From NCBI GenBank assembly GCA_030041955.1, contig JASIAO010000105.1, positions 1 to 62,806 on the forward strand: a stretch of DNA of 62,806 bases, written 5' to 3'. The notes beneath the pieces are model-generated. The model ran no database searches, was not told where the DNA came from, and was given only the letters and a program-made list of their open reading frames with translations. Below, piece after piece: positions 27,787 through 36,292 of the stretch. The stretch is from Acidobacteriaceae bacterium (GTDB lineage Bacteria; Acidobacteriota; Terriglobia; Terriglobales; Acidobacteriaceae). The translations under genes were made by a program, and so were the position numbers. Position 1 is the stretch's first letter; every line of letters begins with the position of its first letter.

Positions 27787-28260
27787 TCAGAGCCGCCCCT
27801 CGATGCCATGAGCCAGGGCCAGCAGAGCGTCAGCGGGTGCCGGCTCGTACGTTGTGATCCTGACCAGCGTGGGTCCTTTGCGAAAAACCACGCTCTGCAA
27901 GTAAATCCGTCCGGCATCACCCAGCGGCGCCGTCTGGCCTGAAGCGGGTTCGTCATCGAGAATCTTCTTTGCCCCCGTCGCGGTCTTCATGGTGTATACG
28001 TCCACCACAGCTTCCAGCTTTCCCTGGAATTTGTAATCGGACGTCGCTGCGGAGACGACCCCCGCACCGATATACTCGTCCGCACCGCCGTCGAGGTATT
28101 GCCACAAGGTGTCAGCGGTGTAAGTGCGTGTTGGGCCGGTTTTCTCCCATCCAGAGACCAGACCCGAAGAAGGGAACGGATCGGCGGCCTTTCTCCTGCA
28201 ACCCGCTGCGGCACTCACGGCGACAATCAATACGCCAATACAAATCCATCTTGTCTTCAC
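27787..28260 (-). CDS. Lipoprotein of unknown function
   Basis: The GTG start overlaps the polyferredoxin stop (GTGA). The lipobox is VKTRWICIGVLIVAVSAAAGC. The GWEKTGPTRTYTADTLWQYLDGGADEYIG motif recalls an uncharacterised DUF family that I cannot name with certainty. Confidence 0.6.
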   Translation of the reverse strand: MKTRWICIGVLIVAVSAAAGCRRKAADPFPSSGLVSGWEKTGPTRTYTADTLWQYLDGGADEYIGAGVVSAATSDYKFQGKLEAVVDVYTMKTATGAKKILDDEPASGQTAPLGDAGRIYLQSVVFRKGPTLVRITTYEPAPADALLALAHGIEGRL

Positions 28261-29918
28261 GATTGCGCCTTTTCCTTTCTTCGAGTGAGCAGAATCTGGT
28301 TGCTGGGCGATCGGCTCTCCCCGATGCTGGTGACATAAACAGCCGGATGCTCCTGGAGGGGGCAGGCATATTCGCAGGCTCCGCAACCGACACACAGGCT
28401 GGGATCGACGTGTGGCTGCTTCAGCAGCTTGAGGTTGCCAGCGGCGTCCGGGACCTCCACTTGTTCGAGATCAATGGCCTTGGGCGAGACCGGGCACCAT
28501 TCTTCGCAGACCACACAATCGGTGGCCAGTGCCCAGGGCAGGCAACGGCTGCGATCATGGAAGGCTGTGCCCAGGCGCACGGGCTGCGAGTTCTGCTGGC
28601 CGACGCCGACTACCCAGCCCTTTTCGCGGGGCGTGATGTTCCAGATGGCGCCGGTCGGACAGACTTCGGAACAGAGAACGCAGCTTGGCTCGCAATAGCC
28701 GATGCGCGGCGCCAGTACCGGCGTCCACAGGCCTTCCAGGCCCGCTTCGGCGAAAGCGGGCTGCAGCGCATTGTTGGGGCAAACCTTCATACACTCGCAG
28801 CAGCGAATGCAGCGGCCGAGGAACTCCGTTTCCTCGAGTGCGCCGGGCGGGCGGATGAGATGCTCGTTCCGGCTCCTGCCCATTGCCGTTTCGGCGCGCA
28901 GCAGGGGGACTGCGGACAGCCCGGCAGCCAGACCAGCCAGAGCTTTGCGCCGCGGCAGATTCGGGCCCGCGACTTCAGCTCGCTTTCGGAAGAACCGGAA
29001 TCGCAGACTGTGTTGGGGGCAGACGTCGACACAGTTCAGGCACAGGAGGCATTCGGCCTTGTGCCAGGGCGCGGTTCCGATGGGATCGTCGCCTCCCTGG
29101 CAGTGCAGCAGACAGCGATTGCAGTTGTCGCAGCTTGCAGCCTCCTTATGCAGACCGAGGATCGACCAGCGCGCGGCGAAGCCGAGCAGCGCCCCCAAGG
29201 GACACAGCGCGCGACACCAGAACCGCGTTACGCGCAGGTTGAGGGCGAGCAGGACGATCAGGATCAGGCCCAGCAGCGCGCCCAGTTGGAAATGCGGCTG
29301 CCGGAAGTTCAGGACCGTCGCGCTCAGAACTGCGTGAAGGATGGCGGCCGGCGCACGTACTGCGCCGATGGGACTGTGTTCCAGTGGCGTGAGTGCCGCA
29401 TTGGCCGCGTAGTTGAAGGCGGGAAGGATCGACAGCGTCAGCGAACGCACCAGCAGGCTGAAGGGATCGAACCAACCGGCAATTGCGCTGCCGCAAAGGG
29501 CCGCTGCCAGAAGCGCGACCAGAATCGCATACTTGGTTCGCTGCCACGGTTTGTAGCGGTTGGATTCGATCCACTGCCGGCCGCGCTTGCGTTCGGATTG
29601 GAGATTCCCAAAGAAGTGGTGGACGGTGCCTATCGGGCAAATCCAGCCGCAGAAAAAGCGGCCCAGGAACATGACCGGCAGAACTATCAGCAGCGACCAT
29701 GCCAGGCCGCGATAGAGAGCGTGCGTCGCAAGAGCATTTACGAGCGCCGCCAGCGGATCAAACTCAAAAAAGAGGCGAACCGGCCAACGCATCTGTATTT
29801 CGCCCGTCGCGCCAGTGGCACCGCGAAATCCAGTCCTGACAAGAAGCAACAGGAAGAGGAGAAAAAAGAATACCTGCGACGCGCGCCGCAGGTGGATAAG
29901 TCGAATCCTCACAAGCAT
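28257..29918 (-). CDS. Membrane polyferredoxin (NapH/MauN-like N-terminal TM domain plus multiple 4Fe-4S domains)
   Basis: The TM region carries CGWICPIGT and FWCRALCPLG motifs. Six CxxCxxCxxxCP-type clusters follow (CDNCNRCLLHC, CLLCLNCVDVCP, CIRCCECMKVCP, CVLCSEVCP, CVVCEEWCP, CVGCGACEYACP). The preferred start is ATG 29918 (MLVRIRLIHLRRASQVFFF). The raw ORF extends to a GTG at 30071. Confidence 0.8.
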   Translation of the reverse strand: MLVRIRLIHLRRASQVFFFLLFLLLLVRTGFRGATGATGEIQMRWPVRLFFEFDPLAALVNALATHALYRGLAWSLLIVLPVMFLGRFFCGWICPIGTVHHFFGNLQSERKRGRQWIESNRYKPWQRTKYAILVALLAAALCGSAIAGWFDPFSLLVRSLTLSILPAFNYAANAALTPLEHSPIGAVRAPAAILHAVLSATVLNFRQPHFQLGALLGLILIVLLALNLRVTRFWCRALCPLGALLGFAARWSILGLHKEAASCDNCNRCLLHCQGGDDPIGTAPWHKAECLLCLNCVDVCPQHSLRFRFFRKRAEVAGPNLPRRKALAGLAAGLSAVPLLRAETAMGRSRNEHLIRPPGALEETEFLGRCIRCCECMKVCPNNALQPAFAEAGLEGLWTPVLAPRIGYCEPSCVLCSEVCPTGAIWNITPREKGWVVGVGQQNSQPVRLGTAFHDRSRCLPWALATDCVVCEEWCPVSPKAIDLEQVEVPDAAGNLKLLKQPHVDPSLCVGCGACEYACPLQEHPAVYVTSIGESRSPSNQILLTRRKEKAQS

Positions 29919-30056
29919 GGATCGGAGATGCTCCTTTCCTGCCGGAGTGCAAGCGCGCCCTTGGACTGTGGCGAAAACGCAATGCGGCAAAGCGCGGGCA
30001 GCGCGTTCCCAGTCAATGCCCTGGTTCAAGGCTGGCTGGCGTTTCCATTCGCTGTC

Positions 30057-30072
30057 AGTGACCGCCGTCACC
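30057..30072. promoter_or_regulatory. CRP/FNR-type palindrome AGTGA-CCGCCG-TCACC (site 3 of 5)
   Basis: GTGA-N6-TCAC core in the divergent gap between the polyferredoxin operon (ATG 29918) and the SpeE-fusion gene (start 30161). Confidence 0.4.
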
Positions 30073-30160
30073 CTGGTCCCTCGCTGTGCCCATTCAAAAC
30101 AGGTCGAGACTGGCCCGAAGGAGACTAATGTGAAGGCGGAAACCCTTCGCGGAGGCTGCG

Positions 30161-32521
30161 GTGACCCTTCATTTCATCTCCGTTGCGCGCGTCAGGCCGG
30201 CCGCCATCGCGGCGAAGGCGGCTCCGCTACTCGTCGGATTCACTGCGGTCGTCGGGCAGATCGTACTCATGCGGGAAGTCATCATCCTGTTCAGTGGGAA
30301 CGAAATCTCGATGGGGATTGCACTCGCCGCCTGGCTCGTTTGGACGGCGGCCGGAAGCGGCCTTGCCAGCCGGATGCGAACAGGGCGCGTGAGCGCCCGC
30401 CATACGGTTGCGGCACTCCAATGCCTCGCCGGGGCCAGCCTGGTGCCGACCGTGTGGATGCTGCGCGCGGGAAGGGCTGCATTCCAGACGGTGCCGGGTG
30501 AGCTGATTGGCCCGCTACCGATGCTGATCACCACTCTTGTCTGTCTGAGTGTGTTTTGCATTCTCTCGGGGGGCCTCTTCTTGGCCGCCGCGCGCATGGT
30601 CCAGCAGGAGAGCGCTGTTTCGGAGCGAGTCGCCGTGAGCTGGGCTTATGTGCTGGAGGCCGCAGGGTCGGGATTGGGTGGGGTTCTGTGCAGCGTACTG
30701 CTGCTGCGCTTCTTCGGATCGTTCCAGATTGCGGGAATCGTCGCGCTCGTGAACCTGGGCGCGGCGGCGATCCTCTTTTTTCCACTCAAAGGCTGGAAGG
30801 TTGCGATTGCCGCGCTGGCTGTCGCGGCTGTGGCCATTCCCTGGGCGGCCTGGGTTGCGCACAGGCTGGACACGTCCGCGGAGCAGCGTCTGTGGCAGGG
30901 ATTCCACGTCGTGCAATCGCGGAACACGATCTATGGAAACCTGACTGTCGTCGCGACCGGCGATCTGCAAACGATTTACGACAATGGCGTGAAGCTGGCC
31001 AGCATTCCGGATGAGGCCGCAGCCGAAGAGGCCGTTCATTATGCGCTGCTGGAGCATCCTGCGCCGAAAAGCGTTTTGCTGATCGGGGGCGGCGCGAACG
31101 GCAGTGTTCAGCAGGCACTGCGACACCCATCCGTTCGGCGACTCGACTACGTTGAGCTCGATCCCGCGCTGGTGGAAATGTCTCGGCAGATTTCTCCCGG
31201 CTTCGCTCCTTCTCTCTCCGATGCACGCGTGCGGGTGCACATTGCGGATGCGCGGCTTTGGCTGAAGACGACCCCGGAACGGTTCGACGCCATCGTGGTC
31301 GATCTGCCGGATCCCGAGACCGCGCAGCTAAACAGGTTCTACACGGAGGAGTTTTTCCGCTCTGCTCGCGATCACCTCGCACCGGGAGGGATTCTCGGAT
31401 TTCAGGTGCACTCGTCGGAGGAAACCATCAGTCCGGAAATGGCCGATTTCCTGCGCTGCATCGACCGCACGGTACGCGAAGTGTTCCCCTGGGTCGCGAT
31501 CATTCCGGGCGACACGATGCATTTCTTCGCAACGGCGCAGCCAAATGTTGTTACGGAAGACCCGCGGGTTCTGATTGCGAGACTGCAAAGCAGGGGCCTG
31601 CAAACGCAGTATGTGCGGGAATATTTCATCCCCTTCCGGATGATGCCCGACCGCATGGCGCAGGTTCACGCGGTGCTGCAACCTTTGCCGGGAACTCCGG
31701 TCAATCGCGACTTCCGGCCGATTGCCTACTACTTCGATGCGGTCCTGTGGGGCTCCCAGTTCCGCTCGGGATTTTCTCGCGCTTTCGAAGCTGCGGCGCA
31801 GGTCCCTTTTGTCTGGCTGCTCGCAACCGTGGTCATCCTGCTCCTCGCCACTCTCGGCGCGGTGCGATCGGCCGAAAGACACAGGCCCCAGCGAACGGCA
31901 GCGCTGGCGTGCACTGCCCTGACCGGCTACACCCTGATGGCGCTGCAGATCCTCCTGCTGTTCTCGTTCCAGTCCGTGTACGGCTACGTGTATCACGAGC
32001 TTGCTGTGCTCATCGGTCTGTTCATGGCGGGGATTGGGCTGGGAAGCTGGCTCGCGATCCGGCGCATTGCCTGCGCTGATCCCGCTTCATTGATCCGCAC
32101 CGTTGCCGCAAATCAGTTTTTGCTCGCGGCGTCCGCACTGCTGCTGCTGCTGGTGGTTGCTCTGCTTGCACAACACCCTGGGACGCAGAGCGCGCTGTGG
32201 ATCGCGCAACTCGTCTTTCCTTTCCTGGCGCTGCTTTGCGGAATTCTGGGAGGGTATCAGTTTCCGCTGACGAACGAGATTTGCCTTCACGACGCGGTCA
32301 CCCCAGCGCGCACAGGGGTGGTTTACGCGGTGGACCTGCTCGGGGGCAGCGTGGGCGCATTGCTGTTGAGCGCCTACCTCATCCCGGTGTTCGGTTTTTG
32401 GAAAGCAGCATGGTTCACCGCGGCCGTGAGCCTGGCCCCGGCATTTCTGGCCGTATGGGCGGGCCGGGATACAACGATGGCGGCGGAGTTTACCGCTTCT
32501 CCCCAAACACAACAGCGGTAA
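30161..32521 (+). CDS. Polytopic membrane protein fused to a spermidine-synthase-like (aminopropyl/methyltransferase fold) domain
   Basis: 786 aa. By eye there are about 7 hydrophobic helices, then a SpeE-like core (VLLIGGGANGS..VELDPALVEMS..FDAIVVDLPDPETAQLNRFYTEEFF), then about 7 more helices. GTG start. Confidence 0.8.
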   Translation: MTLHFISVARVRPAAIAAKAAPLLVGFTAVVGQIVLMREVIILFSGNEISMGIALAAWLVWTAAGSGLASRMRTGRVSARHTVAALQCLAGASLVPTVWMLRAGRAAFQTVPGELIGPLPMLITTLVCLSVFCILSGGLFLAAARMVQQESAVSERVAVSWAYVLEAAGSGLGGVLCSVLLLRFFGSFQIAGIVALVNLGAAAILFFPLKGWKVAIAALAVAAVAIPWAAWVAHRLDTSAEQRLWQGFHVVQSRNTIYGNLTVVATGDLQTIYDNGVKLASIPDEAAAEEAVHYALLEHPAPKSVLLIGGGANGSVQQALRHPSVRRLDYVELDPALVEMSRQISPGFAPSLSDARVRVHIADARLWLKTTPERFDAIVVDLPDPETAQLNRFYTEEFFRSARDHLAPGGILGFQVHSSEETISPEMADFLRCIDRTVREVFPWVAIIPGDTMHFFATAQPNVVTEDPRVLIARLQSRGLQTQYVREYFIPFRMMPDRMAQVHAVLQPLPGTPVNRDFRPIAYYFDAVLWGSQFRSGFSRAFEAAAQVPFVWLLATVVILLLATLGAVRSAERHRPQRTAALACTALTGYTLMALQILLLFSFQSVYGYVYHELAVLIGLFMAGIGLGSWLAIRRIACADPASLIRTVAANQFLLAASALLLLLVVALLAQHPGTQSALWIAQLVFPFLALLCGILGGYQFPLTNEICLHDAVTPARTGVVYAVDLLGGSVGALLLSAYLIPVFGFWKAAWFTAAVSLAPAFLAVWAGRDTTMAAEFTASPQTQQR

Positions 32522-34001
32522 ACAGGAAGATATCGGTGTCGCTGTCCTTCCAGCACCCGGGGTGCATACCGGCTTTCATGCAGGTTTCTTCCAGGAACCG
32601 GGTGCGATCCCATTTGGCATCCACGGGAACCTGGGGCAGCAGGAGACCCTGGTATTCGCCATTCTTCATCAGCAGGCCGTGCTCACCGATCCTGATCTGT
32701 TGCAGGTCGAGGACTCGGCGCAGAGGAGAAAGAACGGAGATTTCGTATTGGAGCCGCGGCAGCTCGGACGCCGCGACCGGGCGAAATCGCGTGTCGCGCA
32801 GCGCGGCCAGCGTTGCCGTGTCGCGGACAGCCATATAAAGCGGCTTGATGGCTGAGGTGTAGCCGACACAGCCACGCAACTCTCCCGACTCTCTGAGCGT
32901 GACGAACACACCGCGCTCCTGATTGAGGTCATCGTCACCCGCTGGCGGCGGCTCGTACGGTTCCCCCTGGCGCACGGCGTACTCGACGGAGATGCGTGCG
33001 ATGGAGAGCAGCTGGTTCCTGTCCGCGGGCGACAGCGAGAAGAGCTGTTCGACCATCTGCCGCTCCCCGGTTTTCACCAGCGCAACCGCGCTGTATCCGA
33101 CGACCCGGGAGCGATCGCCGCTGGTATCTCCGGAATTGGCGTAGCGCAACACCTGAGCCTGGTCCGCTCCCATGCGCTCGGCGGCGATCATGGCGGCTAC
33201 GATCGGGGCCCCGCCACAGGCTTCCCAGACACGCGTCTGGAAGTTCTGGGACATGCTGAAGTAGTCCCACTCCTCGATCGCCTGCAGCGTCTTATGATCG
33301 ATTTTCTCTGCCTCGTCGTACGGGTGATAGTGGGACAGGTCGGAACTGGCGACGATCAGCGTGTCGCCATCGTGAATCAGCTTTGCCAGAGCCACGCCCA
33401 GCGCCCGGCTGCTTTCATAGTTCTGATCGCCCATGACAACGGGCACGAGCGTGAAGTTGCCCAGCACATGCTGCAGCCACGGCAATTCCACCTCCACCGC
33501 GTGCTCCGTGCCCTGAGGCGTCGGCAAGTGCCCACGATCGGAGAGACGGATCGAGGGGTTCGATTTGGCCAGTTTCCTCGCAAAGTCTTTGTCGACCGGA
33601 ACTGTCCCGAGCGGCGTGACATATCCATCGCCGTCGTAAACGGAGGTGAAATCGAAAGCTTCGAAATGCGATGGAGCAATGACGACCACGCGCGCATAGT
33701 GCCGGCCCCTGAGGGCGGCGTAAGTCCAGGCCGCAACCGGTCCGGAATAGGGATAGCCGGCGTGCGGCGCGACAACGGCGACGATGGAGCCATGGATCTC
33801 CGGCGGCGCGGCCTGCGCCAGCATGGCGTCCATCATGGCCGTGAGCGCTTTCGGGTCCGCCGGATAAAAGCTGCCCGCGACTCCAGCGGGCCGAAGCTTT
33901 TCGAGGTCAGCCGCCCACCCGGCTCGGACGGCCGGGATCGCTGCGATACCGAACAGCAGTGCTGTCATGAAACCACTTCCGATCCGCGTTCCGCGTTTCA
34001 T
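32490..34001 (-). CDS. amrB: AmmeMemoRadiSam system protein B (MEMO1-like) fused to protein A (AMMECR1 domain), with N-terminal Sec signal peptide
   Basis: ATG at 34001 (GGGGAGGG RBS) gives MKRGTRIGSGFMTALLFGIAAIPAVRA|GWA. The Memo motifs follow (AGSFYPADP, VAPHAGYPYSGP, SSDLSHYH), then AMMECR1 (GVFVTLRESGELRGCVGY...LLPQV). Confidence 0.85.
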   Translation of the reverse strand: MKRGTRIGSGFMTALLFGIAAIPAVRAGWAADLEKLRPAGVAGSFYPADPKALTAMMDAMLAQAAPPEIHGSIVAVVAPHAGYPYSGPVAAWTYAALRGRHYARVVVIAPSHFEAFDFTSVYDGDGYVTPLGTVPVDKDFARKLAKSNPSIRLSDRGHLPTPQGTEHAVEVELPWLQHVLGNFTLVPVVMGDQNYESSRALGVALAKLIHDGDTLIVASSDLSHYHPYDEAEKIDHKTLQAIEEWDYFSMSQNFQTRVWEACGGAPIVAAMIAAERMGADQAQVLRYANSGDTSGDRSRVVGYSAVALVKTGERQMVEQLFSLSPADRNQLLSIARISVEYAVRQGEPYEPPPAGDDDLNQERGVFVTLRESGELRGCVGYTSAIKPLYMAVRDTATLAALRDTRFRPVAASELPRLQYEISVLSPLRRVLDLQQIRIGEHGLLMKNGEYQGLLLPQVPVDAKWDRTRFLEETCMKAGMHPGCWKDSDTDIFLFTAVVFGEKR

Positions 34002-34024
34002 CCACGTACCCTCCCCGCGCGTGC

Positions 34025-35260
34025 TCAGACGTGCCACACCCCCGGAATGAGCTGCCCGCAGTAAGGGCAGGTTCCCTTGCGGATCAGCATCTGCGTTACT
34101 TCCAGCCCCATGCGCTGCACGAGGATGTGTCCGCACTTCGGGCAATATGTGCTTTCGGCAGGGTGGCCGGGCACATTGCCGATGTACACGTAGTGCAGTC
34201 CCTCCGCGTCGGCAATCTGTTTGGCGCGTTCCAGTGTCGGCACCGGAGTGATGGGAAGGTTCTTCAGAAGATATTCGGGATGAAACTGCGAAAAGTGCAA
34301 AGGAACGTCGGCTCCGACGTTGTTCCTGACCCACTGCGCCAGGCCGCGGAATTCTGCGTCGCCATCGTTCAGCGTCGGCACCACAAGATAAACGATCTCC
34401 AGCCATTTGCCGGTCTTGTGCAGCGTGACGATCGAATCGAGCACAGGCTTGAGCTGGCCGCAAACCACCTGCCGGTAATACGACTCGGAGAAAGATTTCA
34501 AATCGATCTTGACGGCATCCATCTTGCCGTACGCCGCTCGCAGCGCTTCGTCCTGGATGTAGCCGTTGGAAACAACAATGCTGCGGATGCCTGCGGCATG
34601 ACCGGCATCCGCCGTATCCATCAGGTATTCGATAAAGATCACCGGCTCGCTGTAGGTGTAGGCGATGGTGGGGCAGCTATATTGCGTTGCCAGCTGGGCG
34701 ACTCGTTGCGGCGGTGCGTAGTCTGCCGGCACCTGTTCCGGGCGCACCTGGGAGATGTCCCAGTTCTGGCAGAACTTGCAGTTGACGTTGCAGCCGGCTG
34801 TGGCCAGCGAGAGGGCGAGCGTACCGGGAAGATAGTGGAAGAAGGGTTTCTTCTCGATCGGGTCGATATGTGCGGCGCACACCCGCGAGTGCACCAGCGT
34901 GTAATAGGTCCCGCCGCGGTTCTCGCGAACCCCGCAATAGCCGCGCTCGCGATCGCCCACGCTGCATTCGCGCGGGCACAATTTGCACTTGATCCTTCTG
35001 TTCGGAAGCTTCTGGTAGAAGCGCGCTTCCACCGTGAACTGCGAGTCGTCCTGGTTCTGCGCAGCCGGTGACAGAGACATTGCGTCCAGAGGATGTGCCA
35101 TGGTGGAGATGGTTCCGGCGGCTCCCGCGCAGAGAGCGCAGCGCAGAAACGAACGCCGGTCAGGGAGACACGATGTGCCTGCGGAAGCGAATCTCTCGCT
35201 GTCGAGGAACCCCGCTCCCGCCAAACTTGAATCGGGCTGCAAATAATGTTCGCGTGACAT
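34025..35260 (-). CDS. amrS: AmmeMemoRadiSam system radical SAM enzyme with N-terminal twin-arginine (Tat) type signal
   Basis: The radical SAM cluster motif CNVNCKFCQNW and the upstream CKLCPRECSVGDRERGYCGVRENR segment are typical of this family. The N-terminus carries DRRSFLRCALCAGAAGTISTMAHP. GGAGG RBS lies 7 nt upstream. Confidence 0.85.
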   Translation of the reverse strand: MSREHYLQPDSSLAGAGFLDSERFASAGTSCLPDRRSFLRCALCAGAAGTISTMAHPLDAMSLSPAAQNQDDSQFTVEARFYQKLPNRRIKCKLCPRECSVGDRERGYCGVRENRGGTYYTLVHSRVCAAHIDPIEKKPFFHYLPGTLALSLATAGCNVNCKFCQNWDISQVRPEQVPADYAPPQRVAQLATQYSCPTIAYTYSEPVIFIEYLMDTADAGHAAGIRSIVVSNGYIQDEALRAAYGKMDAVKIDLKSFSESYYRQVVCGQLKPVLDSIVTLHKTGKWLEIVYLVVPTLNDGDAEFRGLAQWVRNNVGADVPLHFSQFHPEYLLKNLPITPVPTLERAKQIADAEGLHYVYIGNVPGHPAESTYCPKCGHILVQRMGLEVTQMLIRKGTCPYCGQLIPGVWHV

Positions 35261-35272
35261 CGCTCGCCTCCA

Positions 35273-36292
35273 TCACGCCAGGTCTGTCTCGACCCTCTCG
35301 ATTCGCTGCGGATCGTTGATGCCAAGACGATGCTGCGGGTCCGCCGCCGTGGCCAGATAGCGGGGGGCTCGCTCCTCGGCTTCGAGCGCCTTCAGTCCTT
35401 CTTCTGCCCGCTTGCGCTCGATCATCTGCCATCCGGTGGTGTCGAGGGCCACAGGATCCTGCGACGCCAGCAGAGCGTTGGGTTGCCAGCTGTATTGGGG
35501 CTTGTAAGCAGGTCCTCCCTCGTAGCACGCCGTGGTCGCGTCGCAGATGGACAGACGCATCCTGCTGCGGATTTCCGGCAGCATGTTCACATCCGCGATA
35601 TAGGGATCGCAGCCGTTGGGGTGGTATTTGTTGGGATTGTGGATAGTGCCGTACATGTTCTTGAGCGCGATGGTGACGCCCGCGCCATCGTGATCCTTCA
35701 GCACCGGAACGTTGATCAGGACGTCGCAGCGCTGCGTGAGAATCTTCGATAGCCGGCTGCCAACGCTGCCCCATGTTGCCAGATCGTCTTCGTAACCCAT
35801 CCGGTCAGTGCCGAAGCACTGGACCCGATTTCCCGCGATACAGACATGAAAGCCGGCGCGTTCCAGTTCATCGGTGTCGCGATCCCAGATCACGATGTCA
35901 GCAGCTCGGATTCCGGCTTGCTGCAGCCGCTCGCAAATCGCTTCGGCCAACCGCGGGCTGCCGGAAAAGCCGCGGCCACCCAGAGCGTTTACCTTCAGTC
36001 CAACCATTTGCCCCGGACGCACGATCTTCTTCCAGGCCTCGTCCGGGCGACTGACCCGGAGAAGGGTCTCCATCGTCCGGTCCAGCAGGCTCAGCATGCG
36101 TTGCGAATCCACCGTGGAGTCCGAGCCGCGCAATTGAGGATCCTGCGCAATGACCACCCTGGATCGGATCAGCGGGAGATTCTGTGCGCCAGCAGCGGAA
36201 TGGGAGATTCCGTCGCCCGCAGCGACAGCAACGGCACTTGCCAGGCAATTCTTCAGGAATCTTCTTCGCCCCGTGATGGGCTCCTGGCGCAT
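35273..36292 (-). CDS. DUF362 domain protein with Tat signal peptide
   Basis: MRQEPITGRRRFLKNCLASAVAVAAG is followed by the DUF362 core (LKVNALGG...INVPVLKDHDGAGVTIALKNMYG). First gene of the operon with amrS and the Memo-AMMECR1 fusion. Confidence 0.8.
   Translation of the reverse strand: MRQEPITGRRRFLKNCLASAVAVAAGDGISHSAAGAQNLPLIRSRVVIAQDPQLRGSDSTVDSQRMLSLLDRTMETLLRVSRPDEAWKKIVRPGQMVGLKVNALGGRGFSGSPRLAEAICERLQQAGIRAADIVIWDRDTDELERAGFHVCIAGNRVQCFGTDRMGYEDDLATWGSVGSRLSKILTQRCDVLINVPVLKDHDGAGVTIALKNMYGTIHNPNKYHPNGCDPYIADVNMLPEIRSRMRLSICDATTACYEGGPAYKPQYSWQPNALLASQDPVALDTTGWQMIERKRAEEGLKALEAEERAPRYLATAADPQHRLGINDPQRIERVETDLA

Noticed and set aside
27969-30128. 719-aa ORF on the + strand, antisense to the lipoprotein and polyferredoxin genes
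   Set aside because: Same reasoning. The opposite strand carries clear CxxCxxCxxxCP ferredoxin motifs and a lipobox. This reading is Arg/Ala/Gln-rich with no motifs.
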